Shown here in pieces: positions 27,523 through 39,681 of a DNA stretch of 64,000 nt. A program made the position numbers and the translations under genes. Where the stretch lies: NCBI GenBank assembly GCA_002633005.1, contig NMRA01000206.1, positions 533,203 through 597,202 of the forward strand, in the 5' to 3' direction. This DNA comes from Phoronis australis. Lineage: Eukaryota; Animalia; Phoronida. The notes under the pieces were generated by a model. The model was not told the origin of the DNA, did not search any database, and was given only the letters and a program-made list of their open reading frames with translations. The stretch's first letter is position 1. Each line of letters starts with the position of its first letter.

Positions 27523-28801
27523 AGCAAATAGAAAACTGGTCTGTTCATACAAGTACATTGAAACTAAATCTTTTTTCAGATGTCTTCACTTTTGAGTCCA
27601 AATGATTCGTTTCCACATAGGGTTTTTCATACTCACGAGTACTCTAGTACGACCAAAAACGCAATTCTTTCCGGTTCCAAAACGTTTTCTGTCCACACAA
27701 CTAAATTGTCACTACCTTGTCGTCATCATTTTCAAAAAGTTGCATTTTTGCCAGTCTGTGCGAGTGTGCAGTGCACATTACGTTCTGTTAGAAATACATT
27801 CTGGGCATTTTTGGTTGTGTTCCAGTTAATGCGTATCCGTAAAGACTGGTTTCAAATAAAAACCCAATCGTAGGCTAACTCTAAAAATTCAAGATCATAG
27901 GCTCAATGCATGACGTTTGAGGAGTCCGCCACAGCATTGCATCAACAAAGGTTGCTGTACGAAGAGCAATAACTGCGCAATGTTTCATTCATTTGTATCG
28001 ATTTCATGTTAACGTTTTAATATTACCTAATGATTCTTCTTATACCATCTGAACTAGATTTTGATGTTTTCTTTCTCATCAGGACCCTGTGGGAGACGTG
28101 AGTTAGGTTGCATAAAATTTCAAAAGTATACGCTGGACGTCATTTGCATTGTTCAACAATGACAGCTTGCCGCGTGATAATTCAGTCGTTGTTGCTACGC
28201 AGCGGATAACTACTATGCAGCTGTGCCCAGTTGTATAAGGGAGTTTTTGTCGTGAATAAACACATCTTTAAACATCATCAACAGAAACAACAACAACAAC
28301 TCAAAAACCTTTGTAGTATAGAAAATTTATATAGGCACTATTAATGTTAGAATCTTTCCAAGTTATGTTCAACTGTAGTCACGCTACCGCATCACGACCA
28401 CATATACCTTATATCATCGGAGGTAAAAATTTTGGACTACTATGCAAAACCATATTGCTCAGTTTTATGAAACAGTCCCAGATAGGGACTCAACGACGTT
28501 CCCTAAATTTTTAGTGGATTCGTGCAAATGCTGATTGCCTCTTTTTCGGCTAATTTGTCGCCATTGCTGTGAATTTCAAAAAATGAAACTCATTTCGAAA
28601 TAAATACGCACCTTTTCATGCAATTACTATTACTATCTGTTAATTTTCCAGTTTTTTGATATATTGTTTGAAAATGTCCTAATTAAAAAGGACCTCCTAA
28701 TAAAAATAAAGCAATAGTCTATAAGACAAAAATTACATAGACAGTAAACGAGATCTGTAAACACGTAGATCTTAGTGAGGATAGACAGATTGGTTAATGC
28801 A

Positions 28802-28942
28802 ACTGGTTACAGAACCACAACTGGTTACAGAACCACAACTGGTTACAGAACCACAACTGGTTACAGAACCACAACTGGTTTCAGAACCACAACTGGTTAC
28901 AGAACCACAACTGGTTACAGAACCACAACTGGTCACAGAACC
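28802..28942. repeat. 18-bp minisatellite actggttacagaaccaca, about 8 copies
   Basis: Direct read. Confidence 0.95.
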
Positions 28943-29408
28943 AGCTTGAATTTCAACCTCTACATCTTGTTATGCACATCATTGGCGATCGGCACATGAG
29001 TGACGTCATTATAAGCAGACGATTACGCATCAGTAACGACTTGTTGAACAAACAATGCCCATGGATGCCCGTCCATGTCAATTCATAACGCTCGTCGTGC
29101 GAGATTATCACGAGAATAAAAAGTCGGCCTAAACGAAACGTCGAAGAAGTTTTATGGCAATTTATTCTCATCACATTTCTCACAAAATCTACTTGGATAT
29201 ATGCGTTACTCAGATCGCTGCTAAGAAGCAATCTACTGTGTCACATAATGAGCATGAATAAATTATAGTTGTGTGCCATCTCCACGCAGAATTACATACA
29301 GTATGCAGGCTGACTCTGTCGGGTATTGGATTCTTTGAAGTTTCATTACGGATTAGTCCTCGATATCCGCCATCTTGGATGAAAGTGGAACACGCATAAG
29401 TAGTCCCA

Positions 29409-29446
29409 TTAAGGCAGCCTTCCATGAAGTCTCAAGTGTTCAAGCC
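29409..29446 (-). CDS. GH9-like gene B, terminal coding exon 9
   Basis: Strong acceptor ttctcttttgtattttag|. Phase-1 entry gives GLEHLRLHGRLP*, like the usual GH9 ..AGL.. C-terminus. Total CDS 1647 nt = 548 aa. Candidate AATAAA at 29161-29166 (minus). Confidence 0.72.
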
Positions 29447-29468
29447 CTAAAATACAAAAGAGAAATAC

Positions 29469-29916
29469 CATGCGCGCACCCAGCCTTTAATATGGGGGGC
29501 TCGAATTTCTGACGAAGTGAACCTTTTGATAACAAAAAAACGGGAGGACTACATAAAAAACGGAGTATCACCTTCAGAACTGTGAACTGTGCGTTTACGC
29601 CTTTTTAGTGGACTTTTGTGCCTCGTTTTCTCGGACTTTTTGTTTTGATGAGGCGGACCTTATTGCCCACTTCGATACCGAACAGGATTTAAGAATTGTG
29701 GTGAATCAATTCAGCTACAGTTTCAGAGTACTTCATAGCATTAGCAAGTGATGGAAACAGGATCGCGCCTAAGATTACTTTTTTGAGTGGGGCGAGATCG
29801 CGCGTCTTCGCTTATCGCCATGAATTTAAGCGAAGCACGTGATCCAACTATACTGAAGCTGTCAATCGTACGCCGTAGGAGGCAGACTCGTTCGAGCCCC
29901 CCTGGGTGCACGCATG
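29469..29916. mobile_element. MITE-like element
   Basis: TIR catgcgcgcacccag ... ctgggtgcacgcatg, with inner ggggggctcgaa/ttcgagcccccc. No clear TSD. Confidence 0.65.
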
Positions 29917-30559
29917 CATTATGTCGATTACTCATAAGATGTCAACATGGGCATAAGCTAGCCCAATTCGACTTTAACGAGAGCTCACCTGGGCTGCGCA
30001 GCACTGAAATAAGTGAAGGGGGAGGGGCTACAGCCCCCCCCCATTCCGCTGAGATTCGCGCCGTCCATGCCCATGAAATAAGTGGGGGGCTGTGGGCCCC
30101 TAGCCCCTATGGTGTGATGCCCATGGCTCAGTTGGTACTCTAGATTTGACGGGGAAAATGCCGACTTATCGTTAAGCATGTATTTAGTTACATTATAGCT
30201 CAAACATTGGCCTGACATTTCAACTTGTTCTTCTAAATTTGTATGCGACATCGTATTTATTATCCGGGAAACCTCGGATATTTTCGTAGCCTCAAGTTTA
30301 GCTGAGAAGTGAACTTTTTCTGCACATGTGAGAACTTCTGACTGTTCCACTAAGTGGATGCAGGACATGCGCAGGAGAGATTTGAAAATTTCAGTCATAC
30401 CGCTAATCATTCTCAAGTTTTGAAAGTTTCATTACTTGGTGCATGAGTCAAGTTCCCACACGCTCAAAAATATTCAATCCCGAGGGAAAATGTAAGGCTA
30501 CAAAAACACCCGAAAAGATCCTGATGCGAAATTATGAGTGGAAACGCACGGATCCTTAC

Positions 30560-30750
30560 CGCCGATAGCCGATTGAAAACCGGCATTGTAATCCACAGAA
30601 ACTTTGAGTTGGTTAGTTTTTCGATCATCGGTGAACTGGTCGTTCACGTCTGGACCATCAACCAGCGCCCCGAACAGAATGTTGGGGTTTGGTGTAGTGG
30701 CGTCGATATGGCTCCAGGTACACTGTATGCTTCGCGACAGGGGGCATGCA
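30560..30750 (-). CDS. GH9-like gene B, exon 8
   Basis: tttacag|...|gtaag, 191 nt. SACPLS...PNPNILFGALVDGPDVNDQFTDDRKTNQLKVSVDYNAGFQSAIG. Confidence 0.9.
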
Positions 30751-33700
30751 CTGTAAAGCACATGTGAAGAAACAATACACTTGAAAAAGAATGTAAGATC
30801 GTCTCTATGAACAGGACACCTGTTGTGTGCAAACTTCATACTGATTGATCATGCGAATTTAAGAAAGGGTATAGAACCCTTGCTCTTGAACCCTGAGATG
30901 CGTGGCTGTGCTGAAGCCTAAGAAACGTGCCGTTGCGGGCCTTAGTCATCAATAACTCTCGTAACCTCCAGAACGGTAAGTCGGAGCTAACACTTGGCAA
31001 GGTATCATTTTGTCCTTATTGAGCATCATTGAAATAGATTTAGATGGTTATTTGTCAACAAATTTGTCCAACCTAAGTCATCAGTAAATCTCGAATAACT
31101 CCAGAACGGTAAGTCGCAGCCAGAAATATCATTATAACTGTAATTTTGTAGCACTTGACGAGATCAGACAGAATTATCCTAAATTTCAGAAGACTCAAAA
31201 TACCGCAGAGCTAGAACCTTTGAAGTAAACGTTAAAAAATGACTGCCACATCGTCACCTTTGGATCAATAGGTCTCTAGATTTTAATTAGCTACACCTTG
31301 TGTATGCATTCCTTATCGATCGGACGAAAAGTTTGACCTGGGCTGTGCATAGAAACAAAATTATAACAAAAAACTACATGGCAAACAATATAATTAAAGA
31401 AATTTTCTTTCACGAAGGAATGACAGCGCCCAAAGAAGCGACACCTGGCATAACCGAATGAAAAATTAATGAAATTAAGTCGGCGACGGCAGCAGGAATC
31501 GGAGGGCTGCTGACAAAACTTAGTGCATGCGCATTGGTGCAAGTTACAAATTTCTGGCAATGCACCAGCAACCACGACATCCATGATAATAACAACGAGC
31601 CAGCACGGCGGCTATGATACTAACGACGACAAGACATAGCTGATGACGCTGGCTCTTACTGTAAAACCGGCAATGCCAACTCATTAACAATGAATACGAA
31701 AACGACTCTGACGTCACTGTCGATGACGACAGCAGCTCCGTACGTTAGCCGACAAGAATGTAAATTCCGCACGTGGCACAGATGGTGTTAATACCACAGC
31801 CAGCATTGTTAGTGAAGACGTCCACAGAGACGCCACCGTAAGCAGGCAGCCGACTAGAACATCACCGAGGAGCAGAAAGGCGGTTCAATAGCTCCACATA
31901 CGTCACAAGAGTCGTCATCCTTCGATAACCAAAACGCCGATAGCGTAACGCTGAACCCAAAGATACCAATGCCGAAAGTGACCCCGGCTATGTAAACCAC
32001 GTCCGCTAACACCATCGAAAACACCTGTGGAAACTGGCAACCATACCAGTCATTACCACAGAAAGAATGGAAAGCACTGACAAAATCTATTGTGAATTTC
32101 ACATCGATTGGTCTGATACAGTTCCTATATAGACCCAATTCACGCCGACAGGAGGCGCGTTCCAAAACGAGGCTCGCTAGGATAGCTCTGTTGGCTTATC
32201 GGCATAGTTGTATTCCTGTTGCTTGAACGGCTTGAAAAAATACGGACTCTCAACTGTCTGTTTTCCCTAAGGACGTTGAGATTCGAAGCGTTGGGTCGTT
32301 GCCATAAGTCTCGACGAAGGTAAATATGTCCGTGTAAATTCATAAATGTTTTCGAAAAGTTAGATCATATTTTGTCACATCTCGGTTGCCGAACATCATA
32401 CATGTAGCAACGACCGGAAAATCCTCTGCTAGCCAGACTGTGTTTTCATGATTACGCATGGGTGGCGCAGCACTGAAAAAAAGTGGGGGCTCAAGCCTCC
32501 TCAGCCCTCCTTGGTGCACCACATATAGACCATGTGCGGCTTAGCCCCTCCCCCTATAGTATGGTGCGCGCCGTCCATGCTACGGGTTGAAACTTGAAGC
32601 ATTATTCTTTCCAAAAAGGTCAATCTCTCGATTTTGGGGCCGAATATCGGCCCTATTTCCCTCTTAAAAATATAGAAAAATCACGCGAAATTCATTACGG
32701 CGTTTTATCGTTGCTCCCAACTTGTTCGACTCTATAACCCAACAACGAGATGGGAAGATGACCCCAGTCAAGCCAATATCTTACGCGACTGATTAACTCC
32801 ATCCTAGCATTTAAGGTTGGAGGGCCACCTCTCTTTTGTTCGATAATTGCTCTAATCTCCAATAAGATAGTATCTAGCCTAGCTCATTACCCCACGAGGC
32901 CTAAAAATTCCTCTCAGTGATTGAAAAATTCTCTATGGAGAATCACCTGTAACCACACAGGTGACAATTTGAAAGAGCACAAAATGCTACTTGAGACAGA
33001 GCCTATGAGACCTTGCAACCATGCTATTGATGGTGATCAGGAGGTAGATTTCCCCTCACTCTCGGCGAAGAATGCCCTCTCAGAAGGCACAAACACTTTT
33101 CCCCTCGGATAAACGAGGCCACTGAAGAAACGTGATAACTATGCTTGTTCTGTCCAGTTAACTGAAATTGAGCTCTAAAACGAGGTAGATGCTTTGGACG
33201 AACGAATTAGGTGTTTTGATTTTAAAATTCAACTTGGTCCAGATTTGAATCCTAACACAAGAAATAGAAGTAAGAATTAGTAACACCAAGAAAGCAGAAC
33301 TGATGATCAAATAATTTTTATTTTCAATTACGAGTCTGGTTTTTTATTTTAATAAAACATATATTTAATAACATCAATTATTCTTTCAGGTCAATGACAA
33401 ATCAACTATTAGTCCCGGTAGTCCTTACTGACCTCACCATGACCTAGGCTATGCTTGATGTTAATATTCTTTTTTAAACGAGATGTGACTAATTGCACAT
33501 GACATCAAAATACGACCATATGATCTGGTTCGTGTAGAAAGCATTTTAATAAACAATTTACAAGAAGCGTAACACTGCATTCAGCATAATACCTAATCCG
33601 TATTGCGATCGCCGCAATTTGGTCATGTTTACTTTCCATGTTTCGAACCTTGTTTTCCGAAAAAACTTATACCCTTTCGTCAGACAACTCTTTGGTGCAT

Positions 33701-35928
33701 TGACTTGTTCTCTAATATATTTTTCTACGTCTCTGTGGTTAATTATCGACACATTTTTAAGATTTAATATCCAGGTTGGACTCGAAAGACCGACCATTTA
33801 ACTCACGCAAGGTCAACTTAATCTTTATTTATCGCAGTGAGCCTCGCTTTGGATTGTAATGTCCACCGCGTGAATTAGGCCTAGGACTGAAACCTACGGA
33901 CCAATGTTGTTCCTAGATGAAACGTAGGATTGCGATTGACCCTGATAAATGAACAAGTGTCAGATCTCCGCCATCAGTAAATCTCGATTAATTTAAGAAC
34001 AGAAAGTGAAGTGAGGAACAAATGAGACACCCCAGATATACCTTGACAACATCTTGACATAAAAAAATCGAAAAATAGCTGTCACAGCGCCACATTTGGT
34101 CCGATTTTGGCTCAGAAGCAAGGCAATTGAGCTTTTAATTAGATACCCGCTGCGCGTGAATCTCATGTTGATGGGACGAAGAATGCAATCCGTAGCGTGT
34201 GCACAAACAAGCTGAAGCCTGAGAAGCGTACCAGTGTTGGAGTTAAGATATCGGAAATTCTCGAGTAACTCGAGAATAGCAAGTCGGAGCCAAAAACTCA
34301 CTTTAAAAGAGAATGCCACCCGATTTAATTAGTCTTTTTTACCATCTTAATCGGTCTATATCCACATCGCCTCTTATACGGTCGACCTCACCTTGCCGAG
34401 AGGTCGAGAGGTGTCGCGTTAACCTGTGAGGAAGGTGAGAAGCGACGCAGCGACGTCAGTGGTTCGTCTGCAGAGTGAATGCCGCTATATTGCGTTGCAT
34501 CGGTTCCCGCCTGTCCGAACTATGGAGCTGCGAAGAAAGCGGGTATATCGTTTTTTCGACTTCCTCGAGAGCCCGAAATGCTTAGGAAGTGGGTTGCAGT
34601 TGTGAAGAATGAAAGGTATGCTGTTAATAGGAAGTATGAGGCCGTGGAACATCTCCGTTTCTAGCCGGCATTTCGTCGACAATGATTTCTCTGACGAATT
34701 CCGGCTTACCAAAGAACTATCCATACGTTCCGTTGCATATGCATGTTCACGGCGTCTCTCTCAATGTATTTCAGTTCGAACTGATAGGCTGTGAAACCTA
34801 ACGTTCCGACCCGTGAAGTCTTCGTCAGATGAGCTCTTGGCTAAGTTGGGATTAGCGCCGGGCGAGTTGCCATGTATTACTGTGCGTTTTAATTTTGTTT
34901 CAAAATGAATTATTCTCATCCTAAAATGATCCTAACCAATGCTTATATGAAACTGACACAAAGCCTGTCTCATTGGATACAATTTGTAATGCCTTGGAGT
35001 GCTCGTGAGTGCAAATGTTTTGAGAAGTCAGCAACGAACAAACCACTGCGTTACCGGCTTTTGATGCCGGCAACAAAGATAATTGACCGGGCACCGAGGC
35101 CATGTGAGCGCATGATTGGTAATTCAGTGTTTGTTGTTGTGAAACAATTACTCGATGTTATATACTATTGTCATATGTTAGGGAATTTTTATTTAGAAAT
35201 ACAAATTATTCAAATCATTGTTACTGTACAACCTTTTCCCTGACGGTCTGTGGAACGGGAACCTGACTTTGGCGGCCCCCGACAAGTAAGTACTAGATTT
35301 TCATTCGTGGCCAATTCACATAAATAATTACGTGCACATTATTTCTTTGGCTCACTATCATATATTCTCTTCGTGACTGGAGTTTTAGTTTCCAACTCAA
35401 GCTGGTTTATGTTCGTGCCAGTCCCGGCGGCCGTGACAGGCCTGATCGGGTTCCGATCCACTGGCCGGGATAACAAGCGTTTTGTGTATTTAGAACTCAA
35501 AAAATCAAAGTATAAACAACACTGATCTACGTTCTGCTGTCTGTATTTCACGGAAGAATACTTCGAATTTATCTCCGAACAGACCCCAAACTCCTGCTAC
35601 GGACCTTGGTAAATTGGCCTGCGGAACTTTGTAGGCTACGGTGTGTCCAAATACCAGTAAATCCGTAACAGCAAAATAAAACAACACGTTTTAATAAGAG
35701 CTCGGTGTATTTTTAAGGGTTTTACATCGAAGCTTGGTGATTTATTGGTGTTAAACGATGAATTCAAGCGATAAGCTGATACTACTAACCCGTGTTGTGA
35801 AATGCTGAACAGACTGCGTGTGAAACCAGTTACGTCATTGGATAATTTCAAACACCTCCGTCTGCCGTCAGGTGTCAGGTAAAGCAACCGAACCTGCCAT
35901 TATCGAGTAGAACTACCCGATCTAAATT

Positions 35929-36081
35929 CAGTGGTGGATTTAGAGGGGGGCCAAGGGCCCATGCCCCCCCCTAAAATTCTCCCACATTAAATTTGGTAAT
36001 TTGGGGTGTAAGTGTCTGACGGGCAAATTCCTGGCTAATACTCTGCCCCGCCCTCAACTAAAAATCCTGGATCCGCCCCTG
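35929..36081. mobile_element. G-rich MITE (left copy of putative composite)
   Basis: cagtggtggattt ... ggatccgcccctg TIRs. Confidence 0.78.
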
Positions 36082-38042
36082 GTCAAGGTTTTGCAGCACT
36101 AGCTGGAGCATAGAACATACATACGTAGTACGCTTTGTTTGAGTACACTTGAGTACGTGCCGTCGAAATCAATAAAGTGATTAACTCGAATCAGTCTTCA
36201 GTCTATTGTCTAACCGAGAGCTTACTATGGAAATGAGAAAGCACGTGATCTAGTTTTTGAAATCAGATACATTTTCGTGTCTGTCATTAATGTCGGGAAG
36301 GCAAACAATTTCAGATCACGCGTCCACGGGTATTTGTCCAGTTTATAAACCTTTTTCACGCCGGTGTTGCAGTCCACAACACAACACTTAATACTTCGTT
36401 AGCATAGGAAGAACGTGTAGAGTAATGCAAGCGAGAAAAATTTGTTAAGAATCAGACAACAACAAATAACATGTGAAACTCCAGTGGCTCGAAAACGAGG
36501 CAGCAAATGTTCCTGACGAATTTTTACGGCATTGTGGGTAAATAAAGCGAGATTCGAGTGTCGCTGTGTAATCCGGGATGGCCCTATTGCTATGAACCGC
36601 AAGTATTTACAGTAGTACTTACTGTATTTTTTAATTCTACTAGTTATGTGTGCTTCAATAGTACATTTAATAGCAGAAAGCGATCGAGAAGAGAAACAAC
36701 CCTAATGAAAGCCCGTCACAAACTCTATCTAGATTGATAGTTTCGCAACATTCCATAAATTTTTCGAAAAAAATGAAATTTTGCGTTTTTTGAAATTCAA
36801 AGTCAAATAACTCGAAAACGGTAAGTCTGAGAAAACCGTTATCGCAGAACTTTTGAAAGAGCATACTTCAAGGAATCCACATGCAAAAATTCACGTCATT
36901 TGCTCTTCCCGTTAAAAAGGCGACAGCAGAACGATTGAAAATGGGTGAAAATGCGCCAGAGCAGCCATCTTGAAAGTGACTTCCGGTTACACAAAATTTT
37001 ATAAAAGCTGATCAATTGCAAGAAACACGTGACCAGTTTGAAAGTGGTTCGCCAATGTGCCCTCTACAGGAGAAAACGTTTTTGGCCAGATATCGAGGTG
37101 CGCATGCGCCATCGTCAATATGTCCGTAATCTTTAACCGAAAGTCCAGGTTTTTCAGCACAGTTGTAGCACTTGTGTTCTATAAAAATCTTACCAAATTT
37201 CAGCTCTGTACGTCAAAAAATGCGGCCTCTATGAGCATTTGAATGTGAAATCGGAAACAAAATGGCCGTCACCTCCGCCATTTTGAATCCGATCATGACA
37301 AAAAACAATAAGCTTCCAGGACTTTCCAATCTACACGTCGTATGCAAATTTCGTGAAAATCGGGCGAAAATTGGGACCTGTAGAGAGCGACCAAACAAAA
37401 AAAAACTTGATATCAGACCAACATACTTGGCGAAATTTATTTCGCCAAGTAAAAACTTCAGCACGTCCATTATACTCAAGTAAATAACCCCTGCATAAAT
37501 CGTGAAGGTTACTGGGGTGAGAGGCCTACACTGATTTATTCAGTTCTGACAGTGGCGTTATTTTGAACTCGGGAGACGATTTGTGTGCGATAGAATATTT
37601 GCCCTTCGTTATCCGTAGGATTCACAAAGGATTGTAGGTGATACTCAAACATTAAACTAAGACCGTAAGTTATTTTTAGAAACGCCATTGCTTGAGAGAA
37701 CGCTTGTCAGCCGTCCCGCCGGTTTCCGGCGCAGCTTACAAAACTTTAAAAAAGCTACTCGACTTCTTTAAAATTTGAACATACATCTTAGTCGAGTACA
37801 GAGATTTCATCGCTTACTTCTCTCCGAACCAGTACTAAATGTCGTCTTGTCTTTTACGCTGGTATTTTCCTCCGCGGTAATTCTACGTTTCAAACACTCA
37901 CTGACGCCTTGCTATGCGAGGCTACCTAATTCTATAAGCACCTCCTCGTGATGGTCACGTGACACAACAACTCATTTCCCTGACTCCGGCAAGTGTGCAA
38001 AAATTCCCATTAATTGGTTCAGTCTCATAAAGTTTACCTAAG

Positions 38043-38183
38043 CAGTGGCGGATTTAGGGGGGAGGAGGCAAGGGGGCTACGGCCCCCCTAAAATTCTCCC
38101 AGTTTCCATTTGGCAGCTCGAGGATGCGAATGTCTACCCTGCCCCCCCGCCCCCCCTAACTCAAAATCATGGATTCACCCCTG
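38043..38183. mobile_element. G-rich MITE (right copy of putative composite)
   Basis: cagtggcggattt ... ggattcacccctg TIRs. Confidence 0.78.
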
Positions 38184-39681
38184 AAATTGATACAAAATAG
38201 GTTGTTTTTTGGGTGACATTCTCCTTTAAACTTTTTGTAGCATATGACGAGAACTATCAACATGTCAGATTTGATCAAATCAGTCACAAGACGCCAGAGC
38301 TGCGGCAAGAGAAGTAAACAAATGAAAGAACAAGTCATAGAAATCTATTCACATACTGTACAAAGGATCTGTGTAAGGACGCCAGAGTTACGGGTCCGTA
38401 AAGATCTACTTTAAGAAAAGGCCGTCACAGCGCAACCTTATGTCCGACTCAGAGAAAATGGCCGTCACAGCCCAACCTTATGGCCGACTCAGATAAAATA
38501 CAACAAGAATGAGAAGTCACTTATATGCAAACGTTTCGAAAAAGTTACAAGGGTTGAGAAATTTGACTATCGTTCATAACATTATGCAAATGGTTACAGA
38601 AAACTATACGAAAATATAGGTGATTGAAAGTAGAGGGAACCATACAAAACACAAAACGTTAACTAAATCTGCATTCAGTGTACCGTCATGATCAAAATTA
38701 GACCCTGTTTTTTAAAAATCCTTTCTAATGACGCTCTATTGTTCGGAGAAATTCTCATGTTTAGCTCTACCCTGTTGATTTTTGTGGGATTTCTGTAGCG
38801 CTCGCTTGCGCACGCAATCGAAGACGGAAGAGTCAATTCAAGATAGAAGTTGACACGAAACATTTAATTGAAAGCAAACAATTATAGTTTACAACATAAT
38901 TCACAGTCACAGCAACATATTTAGCTTACGTCACACATGCATGCATATATTCCAATATAGCTTCATAAAGTTTCTTACATTCAGTGACAAACGCCATTAA
39001 CACCTTAACTCAACAGTCACTAACCGCCTTTTATTGTTTTACGAAGACTCACAGCAGCAACCGTATGCCATGTGCAAAGCTGTATTTAGGCCTATTCCCT
39101 TTCATGTGAATGCACATGTCGAGGAGAGCCCAAGAGGCCTAACGTAAAAGTATACTCATCGGTTCTTTCAAGGCCGTTTACTTGCCGGGTACGGCATACA
39201 AGTAGAACTGTTAATTCTCATTAATTTCTCAATGCTCGTCCTTACTGACGACCGTTGAAATAGCTCAAACTGAATACTTGTCAACGAATTTGTCGTTAGA
39301 CAACCAGTTACTAAACACCCATGTCAATGACCAGTCAGGTCCTAGTCAGCAACTCAAGTTTTCGAAAGATATTTTGTTTTTTCCTAGAGCTCTAGGGGCA
39401 AAATCACTTCGAAGGGAGCTTTCTGTGGACTGGGCGCAACATACTCGGCCGTAAAACTAATACGATTATCGCTTCACATGCACGGCGATATCTCGCGAAG
39501 AGCTGCGTAATCTTGCTTTTTTCCAGGATTCTTGATCTAGGCCGGGAAACAAGGTGTTTCCAAGAGAGTCCTAGTTCAGTGTCCTCTCCAGTAACTTTAG
39601 ATGCTTTGCCAAGGATGAGATACTATATGTGCGCTAGGGAAATAAATACGAGTACCGAAAACAAAATGTCCCATGTATTGC

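Larger units (their letters stand above)
34307..38225 (+). mobile_element. Kolobok-like THAP transposon copy interrupted by a 2.25-kb insertion (35929-38183)
   Basis: ttaa|aagagaatgccaccc ... gggtgacattctcct|ttaa. THAP-like MPLYCVASVPACPN...FFRLP...RKW...SRHF at 34479-34680. Confidence 0.82.

Noticed and set aside
28802-28942. Regular repeat resembling a CRISPR array, or the TGYRTT ORF
   Set aside because: Head-to-tail 18-mers with no unique spacers and no cas genes, in a eukaryotic context; it is a minisatellite.
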